A DNA stretch of 64,000 bases from Eledone cirrhosa (taxonomy: Eukaryota), in contig OZ024743.1 in NCBI GenBank assembly GCA_964016885.1, forward strand, positions 311,922,001 through 311,986,000. The letters are read 5' to 3'. Below are positions 64,000-64,000 of this stretch, piece by piece. Below the pieces are notes generated by a model that was not told where the DNA came from, ran no database searches, and was given only the letters and a program-made list of their open reading frames with translations. Position 1 is the first letter of the stretch; each line of letters opens with the position of its first letter. The position numbers and the translations under genes were made by a program.

Positions 64000-64000
64000 A

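Larger units (their letters stand above)
60904..64000 (+). mobile_element. Tx1/L1-clade LINE, 5' portion (5' UTR, ORF1, start of ORF2), runs off window
   Basis: Two-ORF layout: ORF1 has a CCHC knuckle and ORF2 begins with an APE domain. The 5' flank is (TATC)n/(TC)n. Confidence 0.88.

Overview
AT-rich animal genomic DNA, probably cephalopod or another mollusc (inferred from the SINE, RTE and Penelope repertoire and the long (TA)n tracts). Positions 1-7.6 kb hold the last two coding exons of a probable tetraspanin gene (+ strand, missed by the ORF track). Its introns are full of SINEs, LINE and DNA-transposon relics and a 31-bp minisatellite. Positions 7671-41297 are a ~33.6-kb array of a 50-bp monomer (~670 copies, one 200-N gap). 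The monomer is a chimera of two opposite-orientation pieces of one RTE-clade LINE endonuclease and sits exactly on that element's inversion junction; the unamplified halves are still readable on both flanks. Positions 41.3-64 kb are a retroelement pile-up in (TA)n microsatellites. It includes several Penelope-like elements (RT + GIY-YIG) with hammerhead ribozyme motifs and 5' inversions, a cluster of (TA)n-centred palindromes, a decayed RTE LINE with a PHD finger inside ORF2, and the 5' part of a Tx1/L1-clade LINE whose ORF2 runs off the window. All family assignments come from motif recognition by eye, not database searches.
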